Positions 43,429-55,151 of a stretch of 64,000 nt of DNA are shown one piece after another. The stretch's first letter is position 1. Every line of letters starts with the position of its first letter. Below the pieces are notes generated by a model. It did no database searches. It worked only from the letters and a program-made list of their open reading frames with translations, and was not told the DNA's origin. The stretch covers positions 63,414-127,413 of the forward strand of contig CAWHAE010000011.1 of assembly GCA_963827235.1 (NCBI GenBank), read 5' to 3'. Source of the stretch: an uncultured bacterium. Its GTDB lineage: Bacteria; Chloroflexota; UBA5177; JANWHV01. Position numbers and translations under genes: made by a program.

Positions 43429-44010
43429 GGGTTCTCCTGCTACACCGCAATACGTCCTGTCACGCGGGCGTGCGCCTGGCGCGCGAGCTAGTCGTGAGCA
43501 CTACCGCCGTTTGCTTGGAACATAGGCGGCGCCACGCCGACCATCCGGCCGAAACAAGCTCTTACCACGGCCAGGACGGGCTCATGCATCAGGGCTGAAC
43601 GCAGACTGGGACGGTCTGGGATTTTCTCGTTCCATGGCACTTGTCGTAGTTCCTTACTGACCGGACTGGTGCACTAGCGCGGCACGAGAAGAAACAGGCA
43701 CTTGGCGCACGGGTCCTGGTGCCTCAAACACGGGGATAGCTTTGCTTTATGAACCAGAACAAAGAAAGCATCACATTGGTAATCAAATGCTACGAACGGG
43801 GATGCGAGGCCAACGGTCCCTAGGCGGGTCGGGAGCCCCCTGGCGTTCGGAATCGGCACGTTGCGCTCTGACCCGCAGGTGGAAAGGCGGACGAGTGTTC
43901 GGCAATTGAAGGAACCGTTCCGGATCCGCGGCACCGCATTGCGGTGATCTCGGAGCAACGACAAGTGACCGGCGTGGTGAAGGTTTGGAGGGGTGCTCTG
44001 TGGTAGGGAT

Positions 44011-44020
44011 GGCAGGATAG
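44011..44020 (-). other. MOBP/IncP-type oriT nic site
   Basis: Minus strand CTATCCTG^CC matches the RP4-type nick sequence and lies about 55 bp upstream of mobC. Confidence 0.65.
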
Positions 44021-44074
44021 ACTGGCGTCCGCTTATGTGATACGAAGGGTGAGGCGTGTACTAGCGAGCACACA

Positions 44075-44626
44075 GTGAGATCAATTCGACAACTCGCGAC
44101 TTGGGTTACGCCGGCAATCCACGCGCGGGTTGGGGCAATCGCGGCTCAGCGCGGCATTACTGTTTCCAGCCTCCTGAATCAGCTCATTGAGAACGGCGTC
44201 CAGGGCGTCCAGGGCGTCCAGGGCGTCTTGGACGACGTCCGCACGGCCCGTGGCCGGGAGGACCCAAGTACTGAGCGAGTGACAGTTCGGTTCCGGCCGG
44301 GCGACGTGGCGATTATTAGACGACGCGCCTCGACGCGACGGATGAAGCCATCAACTTATATCGCGGCGCTTGTCCGATCCCACCTAGTTGAGGATCCGCC
44401 AGTTCCGGCGGCCGAGCTGGCGTTGATCGAGCGTGCGATTGCCGAGGTCTCGGCCGTTGGTCGCAATCTTAATCAACTCGCCCGGGCAGTCAACTCTGGG
44501 GTCGCCGCGCCGGCCGGCACCGCGGAGCTCGTCCTGCGCTCTGTCGATGCCGTTGAAGTTGTGCGAGCCACCACCAAGCTATACGCCCGCAAGGCTGTAG
44601 CGAGCTGGCACGCGCCGCTCCTATAA
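44075..44626 (+). CDS. mobC: Relaxosome accessory protein MobC
   Basis: Two RHH-like segments and AVGRNLNQLARAVN. Confidence 0.8.
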   Translation: MRSIRQLATWVTPAIHARVGAIAAQRGITVSSLLNQLIENGVQGVQGVQGVLDDVRTARGREDPSTERVTVRFRPGDVAIIRRRASTRRMKPSTYIAALVRSHLVEDPPVPAAELALIERAIAEVSAVGRNLNQLARAVNSGVAAPAGTAELVLRSVDAVEVVRATTKLYARKAVASWHAPLL

Positions 44627-45049
44627 AGGCGGGCGTAAGCCTTGTGCTGACGCTGGCGATTTTCGGATTTCCGGATTCAGAGTTCACTGGCTCACCGGCG
44701 GGTCGAAGAATGAATACCGGCCGTCCCAGACCGCTGAAAATAAGGGCTCCCGCTCAATAATGTACGTTCGTTAAGGCTCCTGCGCGGCGTTGGAAATGCC
44801 AATCTTGACGCGAAAGTAGGCCTACGCTGATCCTCCGGAAGCTCGGGGCATCGCGGACCCCGCAAGCCTTTGAGCTCGAGGCCTACTCCGTCTACGAGGA
44901 GTTCAGGCCCGCGATCCGGCTTGCGAGGCCGGTTGGGAGACGGCCGGGACGCTATCGCCCGAGACGATCGAAATCCTCGCGAAAAGGTGTGCGAGAAACT
45001 AGATTTCGAGCGGCCACGCGAGGCGGTTTCCCCTTAGCAAGTCCTGGTT

Positions 45050-45982
45050 CTAGCAACCGGCGGGTTCCGGAAAGCCCAGTGCAGTCGTCGGTTCGCGCAA
45101 GGCCTCGATGGTCGGCCGGAGTCCAAGCGCGTGGCAGATCGCGTACGTGAGTTCCGCCCGGTTGAGGGTGTAGAAATGGAACTGCTCGACTCCCTCGCGC
45201 TCCAGCGCGGTGACAAGATCGATGGCAACCGCAGCTGAAATCATCTGGCGCGTTTCGTGGTCATCGTCGAGGCCGTGGAACCTGCGGGCGAGCCAGTCGG
45301 GGACGGATGCACCGCAGCGAGCGGCGAAGCGCTGAAGTTGCGGGAACCGGGTGACCGGAAGGATTCCGGGCACGATTGGTACGCGGATGCCGAGCTGACT
45401 GCAGCGGTCGCGGAATCGCAGGAAGACGTCGGACTCGAAGAAGAACTGCGTGATCACCCGCGTCGCACCGGCATCCACCTTTGCCTTCAGGCAGTAAAGA
45501 TCAGCGGTCGCCGAGCGGGACTCGGGATGGACCTCAGGGTACCCGGCCACGCTGATCTCGAAATCGGCGACCGCCTTGAGGCCCGCGACGAGCTCCGAAG
45601 CGTATGCGAAGCCGGCTGCCGCGGGCCGGTAGGAACCGGACCCGTCAGCCGGGTCCCCGCGGAGTGCGACAATGTGGCGAACCCCCGAGGCCCAGTACTC
45701 ACGGGCGATTGCGGCGATCTCTGTCCGCGTGGCCCCGACGCAGGTCAGGTGTGGCACAGGGGTGAGCTCGGTCTCCCGGAAGACGCGGCGGATCAGCGAA
45801 TGGGTCCGATCCCGCGTCGAGCCGTCGGCGCCGTAGGTTACGGACACGAAGCTCGGGCTCAGTGGGGCCAAGCGACGCACGGACGTCCAGAGCGTTCGTT
45901 CCATCGCCTCGTCACCCGGCGGAAAGAACTCGAACGAGACGGACGGAGCGTCGGGTGGCGAGAGCGTCGGGCGAAACGGCAT
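45050..45982 (-). CDS. metF: 5,10-methylenetetrahydrofolate reductase
   Basis: SFEFFPP, SVTYGA, PHLTC, ALRGD, AGYPEVH, ITQFFF and HFYTLNR. Confidence 0.95.
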   Translation of the reverse strand: MPFRPTLSPPDAPSVSFEFFPPGDEAMERTLWTSVRRLAPLSPSFVSVTYGADGSTRDRTHSLIRRVFRETELTPVPHLTCVGATRTEIAAIAREYWASGVRHIVALRGDPADGSGSYRPAAAGFAYASELVAGLKAVADFEISVAGYPEVHPESRSATADLYCLKAKVDAGATRVITQFFFESDVFLRFRDRCSQLGIRVPIVPGILPVTRFPQLQRFAARCGASVPDWLARRFHGLDDDHETRQMISAAVAIDLVTALEREGVEQFHFYTLNRAELTYAICHALGLRPTIEALREPTTALGFPEPAGC

Positions 45983-46060
45983 GCGGCACCTCGTGAGACG
46001 AAGCGCCGGCATCGAACCAGCCTGCGGGAGCGTTGCGTGCCGCACTTGGCGGCACTCGCT

Positions 46061-46116
46061 TCGCTTTAGCGGAATTTCTAACGCGCCCGCAAGCTGAACT
46101 TCAAATCGGCGCGAGA
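46061..46116 (-). ncRNA. SAM-II-class riboswitch
   Basis: Minus strand TCGCGCCGATTTGAAG..CTTGCGGGCGCG..AAAT..GCTAAAG matches the SAM-II pseudoknot pattern, about 80 nt upstream of metF. Confidence 0.8.
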
Positions 46117-46571
46117 GCACGTTACCACACGGCCCATTACAGCCAAGTGGCTGCCGCAATAGACGTCGCGACCACCGGTACCAAGGCGTTTGAACGCGCA
46201 TTCGACGGAATAAGCAGCGCGAGGCGAGTTCTGCGGCATTGATTGAATGGACGTTCAAGCTAGTTAGCGTACCAACCCAAACTACTAGTTATGGCGATCG
46301 ACCAAATCGCCCGAGTGGACACTCGCTGGTCCGGTATTCTTGCGATCCGGCGCCGGCGTGGCCCCTGCGGTTGCTCGCCCTATGCATCAGGGCCCCGGAT
46401 GCCCGCCACAGATCCTGTGCGGACTCGAAGCGTCGCCGGGGCAACGCTCACCGGTGGCGACGCGGGCCGTCCAGTGCAGACGCGTAATGGATTCAAAAGG
46501 CAAGCCAGCTTGCGCACCCGCTCCCGTCGAACGTTAAGTCGCCGCGCGCAGTCCGAGGTCAATTGCCTAAC

Positions 46572-49500
46572 ATGACGCGGCTCCGCGAGATCCCGTACAA
46601 CTACACGTCGTTCTCCGACCGCGAAATCACCACGCGGCTCCTGGGGGATGCTGGCTGGCGGCTGGTCAGCGAGCTCAGGTCCGAGCGACGGACCGGGCGC
46701 TCGGCGCGGATGCTCTACGAGGTGCTCGGCGACATCTGGGTCGTCGAGCGAAACCCATACCTTGAGGACGATCTTCTCGACAATGCCAAGCGCCGAGCGC
46801 TCCTCATCGAGGCGCTCAATCACCGGCTTGGCGAGATCGACCGGCGACGCGATCGGAGCGATGCGACCCAGGACCAGAGGGTAGGCGAGCTTCTCACGCT
46901 CTCACGGGATGCAGTGGCGCGCTTCGATCGCCGCTTCCTCGAGACCGATCGGCTTCGGCGCCGTGCGCGGCTACTGCTGGGGCGCCATACGCGAAGCGAC
47001 AACGTCTGCTTCGATGCAGTCGCGCGTGTCTCGCACGTCACCGACGCAACTGACTGGCGGGTCGAATACCCGTTCGTAGTGCTGTGCCCGGACGACGAAA
47101 CGGAGATCCCGGGTCTCGTCCGAGCCTGTACGGACCTCGGGCTCACAATCATCCCCAGAGGTGGCGGCACGGGCTACACGGGCGGGGCGATCCCGTTGAC
47201 GCCGCTCTCGGCAGTCATCAATACCGAGAAGCTCGAGTTCCTCGGCGATGTCGAGAGGATCGAGCTGCCGGGGCGGTTACGACCCGTTCCGACGATCCTG
47301 ACGGGCGCCGGTGTCGTGACGAAGCGAGTCTCGGATGCCGCCGAGCGCGCGGAGCTTATCTTCGCCGTCGATCCGACCTCCGCAGAGGCGTCCTGCATCG
47401 GCGGCAACGTTGCCGTTAACGCCGGCGGTAAGAAGGCGGTCCTCTGGGGAACCGCTGTCGACAACCTCGCTTGGTGGCGCATGGTCGAACCGGATGGCAA
47501 CTGGCTGGAGGTGACCCGGATCGGCCACAACCTCGGCAAGATCCACGAGGTCGAGACGGTGGAATTCGACCTGACCTGGAAGGACGGTCGCAAGTCACCT
47601 GAGAAGGCGCGCGTTCTGCGGACGAAACGGCTCGCGATTCCCGGCGGGGCGTTCCGCAAGGCGGGGCTCGGTAAGGATGCGACCGACAAGTTCCTCGGCG
47701 GTCTGCCGGGCGTACAGAAGGAAGGAACCGACGGCATCGTTACCGCCGCCCGCTGGGTGCTCCACCGGATGCCAAAGCACACACGCACCGTGTGTCTCGA
47801 GTACTTCGGCGAGGCGCGTGCCGCGATTCCGTCCATCGTCGAGATCCGGGACTTCCTCGCCGCAGAGGCCGGACGGACCGGTGTGCAGCTCGCCGGCCTC
47901 GAGCATCTCGACGATCGTTACCTGCGGGCAGTCGGCTACGTCAGCAAGTCGAAGCGGGGCGGTCTTCCGAAGATGGCGCTCTTCGGGGACATCGCCGGTG
48001 ACGACCCCGACGCGGTTGCCGCGGCGACCTCCCAGGTAGTTCGCATCGCGAACGCACGGGGTGGCGAGGGGTTTGTTGCCGTGAGTCCCGACGCGCGAAA
48101 GAAATTTTGGCTGGACCGGGCGAGGACGGCGGCGATCGCCCGGCATACGAACGCCTTCAAGATCAATGAGGACGTCGTCATACCACTCGAGCGGATGGGC
48201 GACTACACCGACGCAATCGAGCGGATCAACATCGAGCTCTCGACGCGGAACAAGCTCCGGCTCCTTGACGAGCTCGAGGCGTTCCTGGCCGGTCCTGTTC
48301 CCGTCAGCAAGACCGAGGACGCCGAATCCGAGAACCTGCCGCGGGAGGAGCTCGTTGGCAGCCGGATTGAGGAGGCACGGACGATCGTCCGCACGGCTCG
48401 CGAGCGCTGGCAATTCGTGCTGGGCTCCCTGGACCAGAGGCTCGCGGACATCGAGCCCATGCTCTGTGGCCTCGGCTATGGGGCGCTCGCTCCTGAGTTT
48501 GCTCGAACGAGCGCCGCCAACCCGGACGCGCGGCTCATCGACATCGTCCAGGATCGGACGCTTCGGATCTCATGGAAAAGCGAGGTGCGTGCGAAGCTCG
48601 CCGAAGTGCTCGCCGGACCGCTTTCCGGGGCGCTCGCCGAGTGCGAGGCCATCCACCGCCGGGTGCTGACGAGCCGCGTCTTCGTTGCACTCCACATGCA
48701 TGCGGGCGACGGCAACGTCCACACGAACATCCCGGTCAATTCAGACGACTACGCGATGTTGCAGGAGGCCAATGCCGCGGTCGCGAAGATCATGCGGATC
48801 GCCCGCGATCTTGGCGGCGTCATCTCTGGGGAGCACGGCATCGGAATCACGAAATATGAGTTCCTGACGGACGCCGAGACCGCCGAGTTCCGGGCCTACA
48901 AGGAGCGGGTCGACGCCACCGGGCGATTCAATGCTGGGAAACTACTGCCCGGTGGCGACTTGCGGCGCGCCTACACGCCGAGCTTCAACCTCCTCGGCCA
49001 CGAATCACTGATCATGAAGCAGTCCGAGATCGGGGCGATCTCGCACGCCATCAAGGATTGCCTGCGCTGCGGCAAATGCAAGCCCGTCTGCGCAACGCAC
49101 GTGCCGCGTGCAAATCTTCTGTACTCGCCGCGCAACAAGATCCTCGCGACCTCGCTGCTCATCGAGGCCTTTCTTTACGAGGAGCAAACGCGGCGGGGCA
49201 TCTCGATCCGCCACTGGGACGAATTCGGCGACGTCGCGGATCACTGCACCGTGTGCCATAAGTGCGCCAAGCCCTGTCCGGTCGACATCGACTTCGGCGA
49301 CGTGTCGATGGCGATGCGCGATCTGCTGCGACGGATGGACAAGAAGCGCTTCCGCCCCGTGGCCGCGGCGGCGGCGTTCTTCCTCGAGGCGACGAATCCG
49401 AAGACGATCAAGCTCGCACGCGCTGCAATGATCGGCGTCGGGTATCGGGCACAACGCCTCGCGAACCGCCTCCTCGGTGCGGCGGCGCGCGCCCAGACGA

Positions 49501-50471
49501 GGCGGCCACCGGCGACTACCGGCCGGCCGACGATGCACGAGCAGGTCGTGCATTTCGTCAACAAGCGGATGCCCGGGGGCCTGCCGAGTCGCACGGCCCG
49601 CGCACTCCTCGATATAGAGGACCGGGCCTATGTTCCGATCATCCGGGACCCGCGGGCGACGAGCGCCGACAGCGAGGCGGTGTTCTATTTTCCCGGCTGC
49701 GGCTCAGAGCGACTCTTCTCGCAGGTGGGCCTTGCGACACAGGCGATGCTCTGGCACGTCGGCGCACAAACGGTGCTGCCGCCTGGCTACCTGTGCTGCG
49801 GCTATCCCCAGCGCGGGAGCGGCGACGCCGACAAGGCCAACCGGATCACGACGGACAATCGCGTGCTGTTCCACCGCGTCGCGAATACGCTCAATTACCT
49901 AGACATCAAGACGGTCGTCGTCAGCTGCGGGACCTGCTACGACCAGCTCGCGGGATATGAGTTCGAGCAGATCTTCCCGGGCTCGCGGATCATCGACATC
50001 CACGAGTACCTGATGGAGAAGGGAGTTCAGCTCGAGGGCGTCACGGGCGTGAGGTATCTCTATCACGATCCCTGCCATACGCCGATCAAGCAGCACGACC
50101 CACTACGGGTGGTGAACACGCTCCTCAATTCCAAGATCAACGGCCGGGTTGCCAAGAATGACCGCTGCTGCGGGGAATCCGGCACTTTCGCTGTCACGCG
50201 GCCGGACATCGCGACTCAGGTGAGATTTCGAAAGGAGCAGGAGCTCAAGCGAGGCGTCGAGGACCTGAGAATTCATGGCGCCACGGAACCGGTCAAGATC
50301 CTCACCTCGTGCCCATCCTGCCTGCAGGGACTCGCGCGATACCAGGACGACGTCGCGCTCGACGCGGACTATGTCGTCGTCGAAATCGCAAAGCACGTCC
50401 TGGGCGCCGACTGGCTACCCGATTACGTGCGACGCGCAAACGCCGGCGGAATCGAGCGCGTTCTTCTCTAG
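46572..50471 (+). CDS. Large FAD-linked/Fe-S oxidoreductase (DUF3683-FAD-GlcD/GlcF-like fusion)
   Basis: [63 protein letters not shown] and CCG motifs. Confidence 0.88.
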   Translation: MTRLREIPYNYTSFSDREITTRLLGDAGWRLVSELRSERRTGRSARMLYEVLGDIWVVERNPYLEDDLLDNAKRRALLIEALNHRLGEIDRRRDRSDATQDQRVGELLTLSRDAVARFDRRFLETDRLRRRARLLLGRHTRSDNVCFDAVARVSHVTDATDWRVEYPFVVLCPDDETEIPGLVRACTDLGLTIIPRGGGTGYTGGAIPLTPLSAVINTEKLEFLGDVERIELPGRLRPVPTILTGAGVVTKRVSDAAERAELIFAVDPTSAEASCIGGNVAVNAGGKKAVLWGTAVDNLAWWRMVEPDGNWLEVTRIGHNLGKIHEVETVEFDLTWKDGRKSPEKARVLRTKRLAIPGGAFRKAGLGKDATDKFLGGLPGVQKEGTDGIVTAARWVLHRMPKHTRTVCLEYFGEARAAIPSIVEIRDFLAAEAGRTGVQLAGLEHLDDRYLRAVGYVSKSKRGGLPKMALFGDIAGDDPDAVAAATSQVVRIANARGGEGFVAVSPDARKKFWLDRARTAAIARHTNAFKINEDVVIPLERMGDYTDAIERINIELSTRNKLRLLDELEAFLAGPVPVSKTEDAESENLPREELVGSRIEEARTIVRTARERWQFVLGSLDQRLADIEPMLCGLGYGALAPEFARTSAANPDARLIDIVQDRTLRISWKSEVRAKLAEVLAGPLSGALAECEAIHRRVLTSRVFVALHMHAGDGNVHTNIPVNSDDYAMLQEANAAVAKIMRIARDLGGVISGEHGIGITKYEFLTDAETAEFRAYKERVDATGRFNAGKLLPGGDLRRAYTPSFNLLGHESLIMKQSEIGAISHAIKDCLRCGKCKPVCATHVPRANLLYSPRNKILATSLLIEAFLYEEQTRRGISIRHWDEFGDVADHCTVCHKCAKPCPVDIDFGDVSMAMRDLLRRMDKKRFRPVAAAAAFFLEATNPKTIKLARAAMIGVGYRAQRLANRLLGAAARAQTRRPPATTGRPTMHEQVVHFVNKRMPGGLPSRTARALLDIEDRAYVPIIRDPRATSADSEAVFYFPGCGSERLFSQVGLATQAMLWHVGAQTVLPPGYLCCGYPQRGSGDADKANRITTDNRVLFHRVANTLNYLDIKTVVVSCGTCYDQLAGYEFEQIFPGSRIIDIHEYLMEKGVQLEGVTGVRYLYHDPCHTPIKQHDPLRVVNTLLNSKINGRVAKNDRCCGESGTFAVTRPDIATQVRFRKEQELKRGVEDLRIHGATEPVKILTSCPSCLQGLARYQDDVALDADYVVVEIAKHVLGADWLPDYVRRANAGGIERVLL

Positions 50472-50688
50472 CAACGGCGACTGAGCGGCGGTTCGGTTGC
50501 TTTGGTCATCATAAGCGCTGGCTATTGGTCCGACGGGCAGTCGTTTTCCATCATGACGTGTTCGAAGAAGGTGCTGGAGGGTCGATGCGTGGGGTCTTGC
50601 CCGCGATTGCGGGCGCTTGCTTCAGGAAGTGGAAGGCCGACGGGACACTCGGCGCGCGGCACGTTGACGTGCGGTCGGAGTCGATCTC

Positions 50689-51699
50689 GTGACACTGACA
50701 CAACTGCGCTACCTCGCCGCGGTGGTCCAGAGCGATTTCAACATTTCGCACGCCGCCCCGAAGCTCTACAAGACTCAGCCCGGCGTCAGCAAGCAGCTCA
50801 AACTGCTCGAGGATGAGCTCGGGTTTGCTCTGTTCGAGCGCGACGGGCGGGCCTTCACCGGCCTCACTGCGGGCGGACGCGAGGTAGTCGATCAGACCCT
50901 CAAAATCCTCGCGGCAGTCCAGAATATCCGGGGCATGTCCCAGGACGTCGCCGATGACGGAGTAGGCACCCTCGCGATCGGTACGACCGGGACCCAGGCG
51001 AGGTACGTGCTGCCGCCGATCGTCAAGGCGTTTCGCGAGGAGTATCCGCAGGTCGACCTGCACCTTCATCAGGGGACCGCGGAACAGGTCGCGGACCTCG
51101 TCAAGCTCCAGCGCATCGACATCGCCATTGCAACGGGATCACACGAGTTGTTTCCGGGAATGTGCCTTCTGCCGTGCTTTCGCTGGAACCGACGTGTCGT
51201 CGTGCCGAAGGACCACCCGCTGGTTGCCGGTCCGCCGCTGACACTTCAGGCGCTATCGCATCATCCGATAGTGACCTACACGTTCAGTTTCAGCGGGCGG
51301 TCGTCGCTTCCGGCTCTGTTCGAAAGCAAAGGACTGCCACTTAAGGTGGCCTTTACGGCCAGCGATGCGGATGTCATCAAGACCTATGTCCGGCTGGGGC
51401 TTGGTGTCGGAATAGTCGCCAGCATGGCGATCGACCCGAAGGACACTGATCTTGTTGCGCTCGACGCAGACCACCTTTTCGCCCCGCACCTGACCTGGAT
51501 CGGAGTGCGGCGGGGGCAGATCCTGCGCGGCTACGCGTACGAGTTCATTCGGATGCTCGGCCCGCACCTGACGCGCCGCCTCGTCAACCAGGCCGTGCGG
51601 ACCAGGAGTGACGCCGAGCTAGCGGAAGTGTTTGAAGCCCTGGAAATCCCGTGGCAGACGCAGAAACCTGGGATTGTCGATAAACAGGCATCGCCATGA
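50689..51699 (+). CDS. cysB: CysB/Cbl-family LysR regulator
   Basis: TLTQLRY, TQPGVSKQLKLLEDELG, TQARYVLP and DADVIKTYVRLGLGVGI. Confidence 0.85.
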   Translation: MTLTQLRYLAAVVQSDFNISHAAPKLYKTQPGVSKQLKLLEDELGFALFERDGRAFTGLTAGGREVVDQTLKILAAVQNIRGMSQDVADDGVGTLAIGTTGTQARYVLPPIVKAFREEYPQVDLHLHQGTAEQVADLVKLQRIDIAIATGSHELFPGMCLLPCFRWNRRVVVPKDHPLVAGPPLTLQALSHHPIVTYTFSFSGRSSLPALFESKGLPLKVAFTASDADVIKTYVRLGLGVGIVASMAIDPKDTDLVALDADHLFAPHLTWIGVRRGQILRGYAYEFIRMLGPHLTRRLVNQAVRTRSDAELAEVFEALEIPWQTQKPGIVDKQASP

Positions 51700-51735
51700 C
51701 ATGGGCCTGGTGATATATCGCACATCGCACGGGTC

Positions 51736-52113
51736 TCAAAGATTGGCCGACAGGCGAGTCGTCGAAACCGGTGGGATTCGGTCAAGTGCGCGTTGAAGAA
51801 AGTCGCCAACCGGCGCTGATCGCCGCGGGCGGGTTCTCAACACGTCTCGAAGCGCTTCCAGGGTTGGAATGAGCACGCGCGCTTCGTCGCGTTCGAGCGA
51901 GTCTGCTTCGGCACGCCGATACAGACGCAGGAGGTCGAGTGTCAGGTCCTCGGCGAGTTCCGACACCGCTGCCAAGACGGACGGGGCCGCTGGCGATTCC
52001 TCGCGATTTGCTTGGCGCAAAAGCTCCATCAGTCGTCGCCGGTAACCCAAGAGGCATGCGCGGACGGCCTCGGAAGTCTGACGCCGCCCGCGATCCCTCG
52101 GTCTCGATGTCAT
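51736..52113 (-). CDS. Hypothetical helical protein
   Basis: Open frame from MTSRPRD with plausible composition; no family recognised. Confidence 0.35.
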   Translation of the reverse strand: MTSRPRDRGRRQTSEAVRACLLGYRRRLMELLRQANREESPAAPSVLAAVSELAEDLTLDLLRLYRRAEADSLERDEARVLIPTLEALRDVLRTRPRRSAPVGDFLQRALDRIPPVSTTRLSANL

Positions 52114-52316
52114 CGTAGAATGACCACCACTGCGCCCCCTTGTCCGTGTTCGGCGTGTGGCGCCCCAGCCTCGGCGCAGCATGCCATCGCGCCACATGCT
52201 GAACGACGTGGGCGCTCGGCGGTATTGCGGCTTGTCATGACGCGATAACCAGAAGCACTGACAAAGAAGCCGCGCGGACGGCCAATTCTCCACCGTGCCA
52301 CCTACAATCAAGCGCT

Positions 52317-52636
52317 ATGGATGCCCCCTTCCTCTATAGCGCCGCGGGCCTGGCAGTTGGCGTGCTGATCGGCCTCACTGGCGTCGGCGGTGGATCGCTG
52401 ATGACGCCGGTCCTCGTACTGCTGTTCGGGCAGTCCCCTGCGGTTGCGGTTGGCACGGACCTCGTCTTCACGGCGACGACGAAAGTCGTCGCGACGGCAT
52501 CTTTCGGGTACAGCCGCCGAGTGGACTGGGGCATCGTCCGCAGGCTTGCAATCGGCAGTGTCCCCGGGGCAGTGGGCGTAATTCTGTGGTTCTTCCTGAC
52601 ACGGCAAGCGCCGGCGAGCGTCGACCGGCTGGTACT
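52317..52636 (+). pseudogene. TauE/SafE sulfite-exporter family gene truncated by IS21
   Basis: GLTGVGGGSLMTP, AVGTDL and VDWGIV. Similarity ends at the TGTCAAC IS end. Confidence 0.85.
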
Positions 52637-52798
52637 TGTCAACGGGCGTCCAACATTGACCAGCGATCGGCGTCCAACTTTGACCAGGCCTTGGGGTGGG
52701 TTTGGGGTCCGGTCGGGGTCCGGCTCTTGGCTTGCACTGATGGTCTGACGGATCCCGCGGTCTGCCGTGTCAGCGGCAGAACGTCTTGCGGCTTCGGT

Positions 52799-53524
52799 TC
52801 ATTTCCGGGTCTTGAACCGGTAGCTGTCGTTGCCGGTCTCGATGATGTCGCAGCGATGCGTGAGGCGATCCAGGAGCGCCGTGGTCATCTTGGCGTCGCC
52901 GAACACGGTGCTCCACTCCCCGAACGACAGGTTGGTCGTCACGATCAGCGAGACGCGCTCGTAGAGCTTGCTGATCAGGTGGAACAGCAGAGCGCCGCCG
53001 TCCTGGGCGAACGGCAGGTAGCCGAGTTCGTCGAGCACGATCGCGTTCTGGTTGAGCAGTCGGTTTGCGAGCTGCCCGGCGCGGCCGTTGCGCTTCTCGG
53101 CATCGAGCTGGTTGACGAGGTCGACGACGCTGTAGAACCGCGCCCGCATGCCCTTCAGGACGACCTCCCGGGCGAGCGCGGTGGCGAGGTGCGTCTTGCC
53201 GGTGCCGGTGCCGCCCACGAACACGATGTTGCGCGCGGTGGTCAGGTATTCGCCGGTGTAGAGCTGGCGGACCTGGGTTTCGTTGACCGGCGAGTCCTTG
53301 AAGTCGAAGCTATCGAGGTCCCTCGGCATCGGGAAGTTGGCGAGCCGGAGCTGGTATTGGTACGAGCGCGCCTGGCGGTCGGCGATCTCGGCGTGCAGCA
53401 GCTGCTCCAGCCAGCTGGTCGGCGCGAGCTTCTTCTGGCTCAGCGCCGTCAGGCTGTCATCGAGCGCACTCGCCATGCCGCGCAGCCGCAGCGTTTTCAA
53501 CAGGTCGATCAGTTTCTCTTTCAT
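52799..53524 (-). CDS. istB: IS21 helper ATPase IstB
   Basis: [19 protein letters not shown] and TALLDRLTH. Confidence 0.95.
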   Translation of the reverse strand: MKEKLIDLLKTLRLRGMASALDDSLTALSQKKLAPTSWLEQLLHAEIADRQARSYQYQLRLANFPMPRDLDSFDFKDSPVNETQVRQLYTGEYLTTARNIVFVGGTGTGKTHLATALAREVVLKGMRARFYSVVDLVNQLDAEKRNGRAGQLANRLLNQNAIVLDELGYLPFAQDGGALLFHLISKLYERVSLIVTTNLSFGEWSTVFGDAKMTTALLDRLTHRCDIIETGNDSYRFKTRK

Positions 53525-53534
53525 CGGCAGTCTC

Positions 53535-54820
53535 CTACGGTGGATCAACAGGGACGAACGTTGCCGGCCAGGCACGCAGGAGCTGGTTGTAGCGGTCGCA
53601 GTTGGCGGCCGGCTCGACGGCGAGCTTCAGCGCCTCCGGCACCTGCAGCGCCGGCAACCGCGGCGGTGCCGCCGCCCGGTGCAGCAGGTTCACGACGTGC
53701 GCGCTGCTGACGACCTGCTCCTCGAGCGCCACCGCACAGGCGTCGCTGACAGCTTCGAGGCCGTAGAGCGCGACCATCGACAGGATGTCGACGAACTGGC
53801 GGTCGCCGTCCGCGTGTTTGGCGAGGCGCTCCCGCAGCCGGGTCATCGACGCCGGCAGGTTCCAGTCCTTGAAGGGCGCGCCGTTACGCAGCGCGCCGGG
53901 CTTGCGCGCCAGCGCCGCGACGTAGTGCCAGGGGTTGTATTTCGTCTCACCGCGGCCGAAGCAGCGCGGATGCTCACCGGCAACCTCGCCGTTGCAGACG
54001 ACGATGATCCGCTCGGCGTAGGCGCGGACCGTCGCCACCTGGCGCACGTATCGACACTCGACGCTGTAGCGGTTGCGGTCGAAGTTGACCAGGCACATCG
54101 TCGACACGAGCGCGGACTTCTCGGCATAACCGTCGAACGGGATCGGCATCGTGCGCAAGGCGGCACGCTCCTCGTCCCAGAGCTCGACGACCTTGCGCTC
54201 CGATTGCTCCGGATGGTTGCGCTCACGCGCGATCTGCAGGCAGCGCGCTGCAAGATGCGCGTTCAACTCCGCCAGATCCTTGCAGCGGACCTTCGGCGTG
54301 AACAGCCACTCGCGGACGTTGCCGACCTGGTTCTCGACCTGACCCTTCTCCCAGCCCGACGCTGGCGTGCACGCCGTCGGCTCGATCAGGTAGTGATTGC
54401 ACATCACGAGGAACCGGCGGTTGTAGCGCCGCGCCCGGCCGACGAAGATCGCGTCGACCGCGGGCTTCAGGTTGTCGTAGATGCCACGACGCGGCACGCC
54501 GCCAAAGAACTCGAACGCCCGCGCATGCGAGTCGAACACCATCTCCTGGCTCTCGCGCGGGTATGCGGCCAGGAAGAACGCCCGGCTGTGGCACAGCCGC
54601 ACGTGCGCGACCTTGACGACCTGGTGGACGCCGCCGAGCTCGACGTGCTCGTGGCTCCAGTCGAACTGGTAGGCCTCGCCAGGCGCGAACGTCTGCGGGA
54701 TGAACGCCGTCGTGTCCGGCCGCCGCCGCCGCTCAAAGCCTCGAGCGTATCGGCGCACGGCGTCGACTGCGCCCGTGTACCCCTCGAGGCGCAGCCCCTC
54801 GTAGAGCCGCTGCGCGGTCC
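53535..54820 (-). pseudogene. istA: IS21 transposase IstA, N-terminally truncated
   Basis: YQFDWS, YDNLK, WEKGQVE and RNRYSV. The coding sequence is cut at 54820. Confidence 0.9.
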
Positions 54821-55151
54821 GGGGTAGGCGTCAGGTTTGTGCAAAAAGTAGCGGTTTCCTGTGCATAACTCGGGGTGACTTCTCGAAGGGGACCATTAGG
54901 AGGGCAAGACACGAACGTATCCGTCCGACAATCCGTGTAGCACCATGGTGAGAGAGCGCGCCATGACCAGTCGGTCGGTCGCTGGCAGGCCATTCCGCAG
55001 CGGGGACCAACCCTGACGCCGCTTACCCTCGACGGTCCGCTACCGACGCAACGTCCAGGTCCACCTCATGAGCTGCAAGCAATTGCCGCCAAGAAATATC
55101 CAGAATTGGCCGGCCCCGCGATCCCAAATTCCAGCGCTTGCCCAGCCCCGT

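Larger units (their letters stand above)
52637..54820 (-). mobile_element. IS21-family element, 5' end removed by the Tn3-family transposon
   Basis: Terminal TGTCAACGGGCGTCCAA with tandem internal repeats, followed by istB and a partial istA. Confidence 0.92.

Noticed and set aside
44840-45000. Protein-like fragment (EAYSVYEEFRPAI...GW)
   Set aside because: Short, frameshifted and without a start codon; cannot be assigned.
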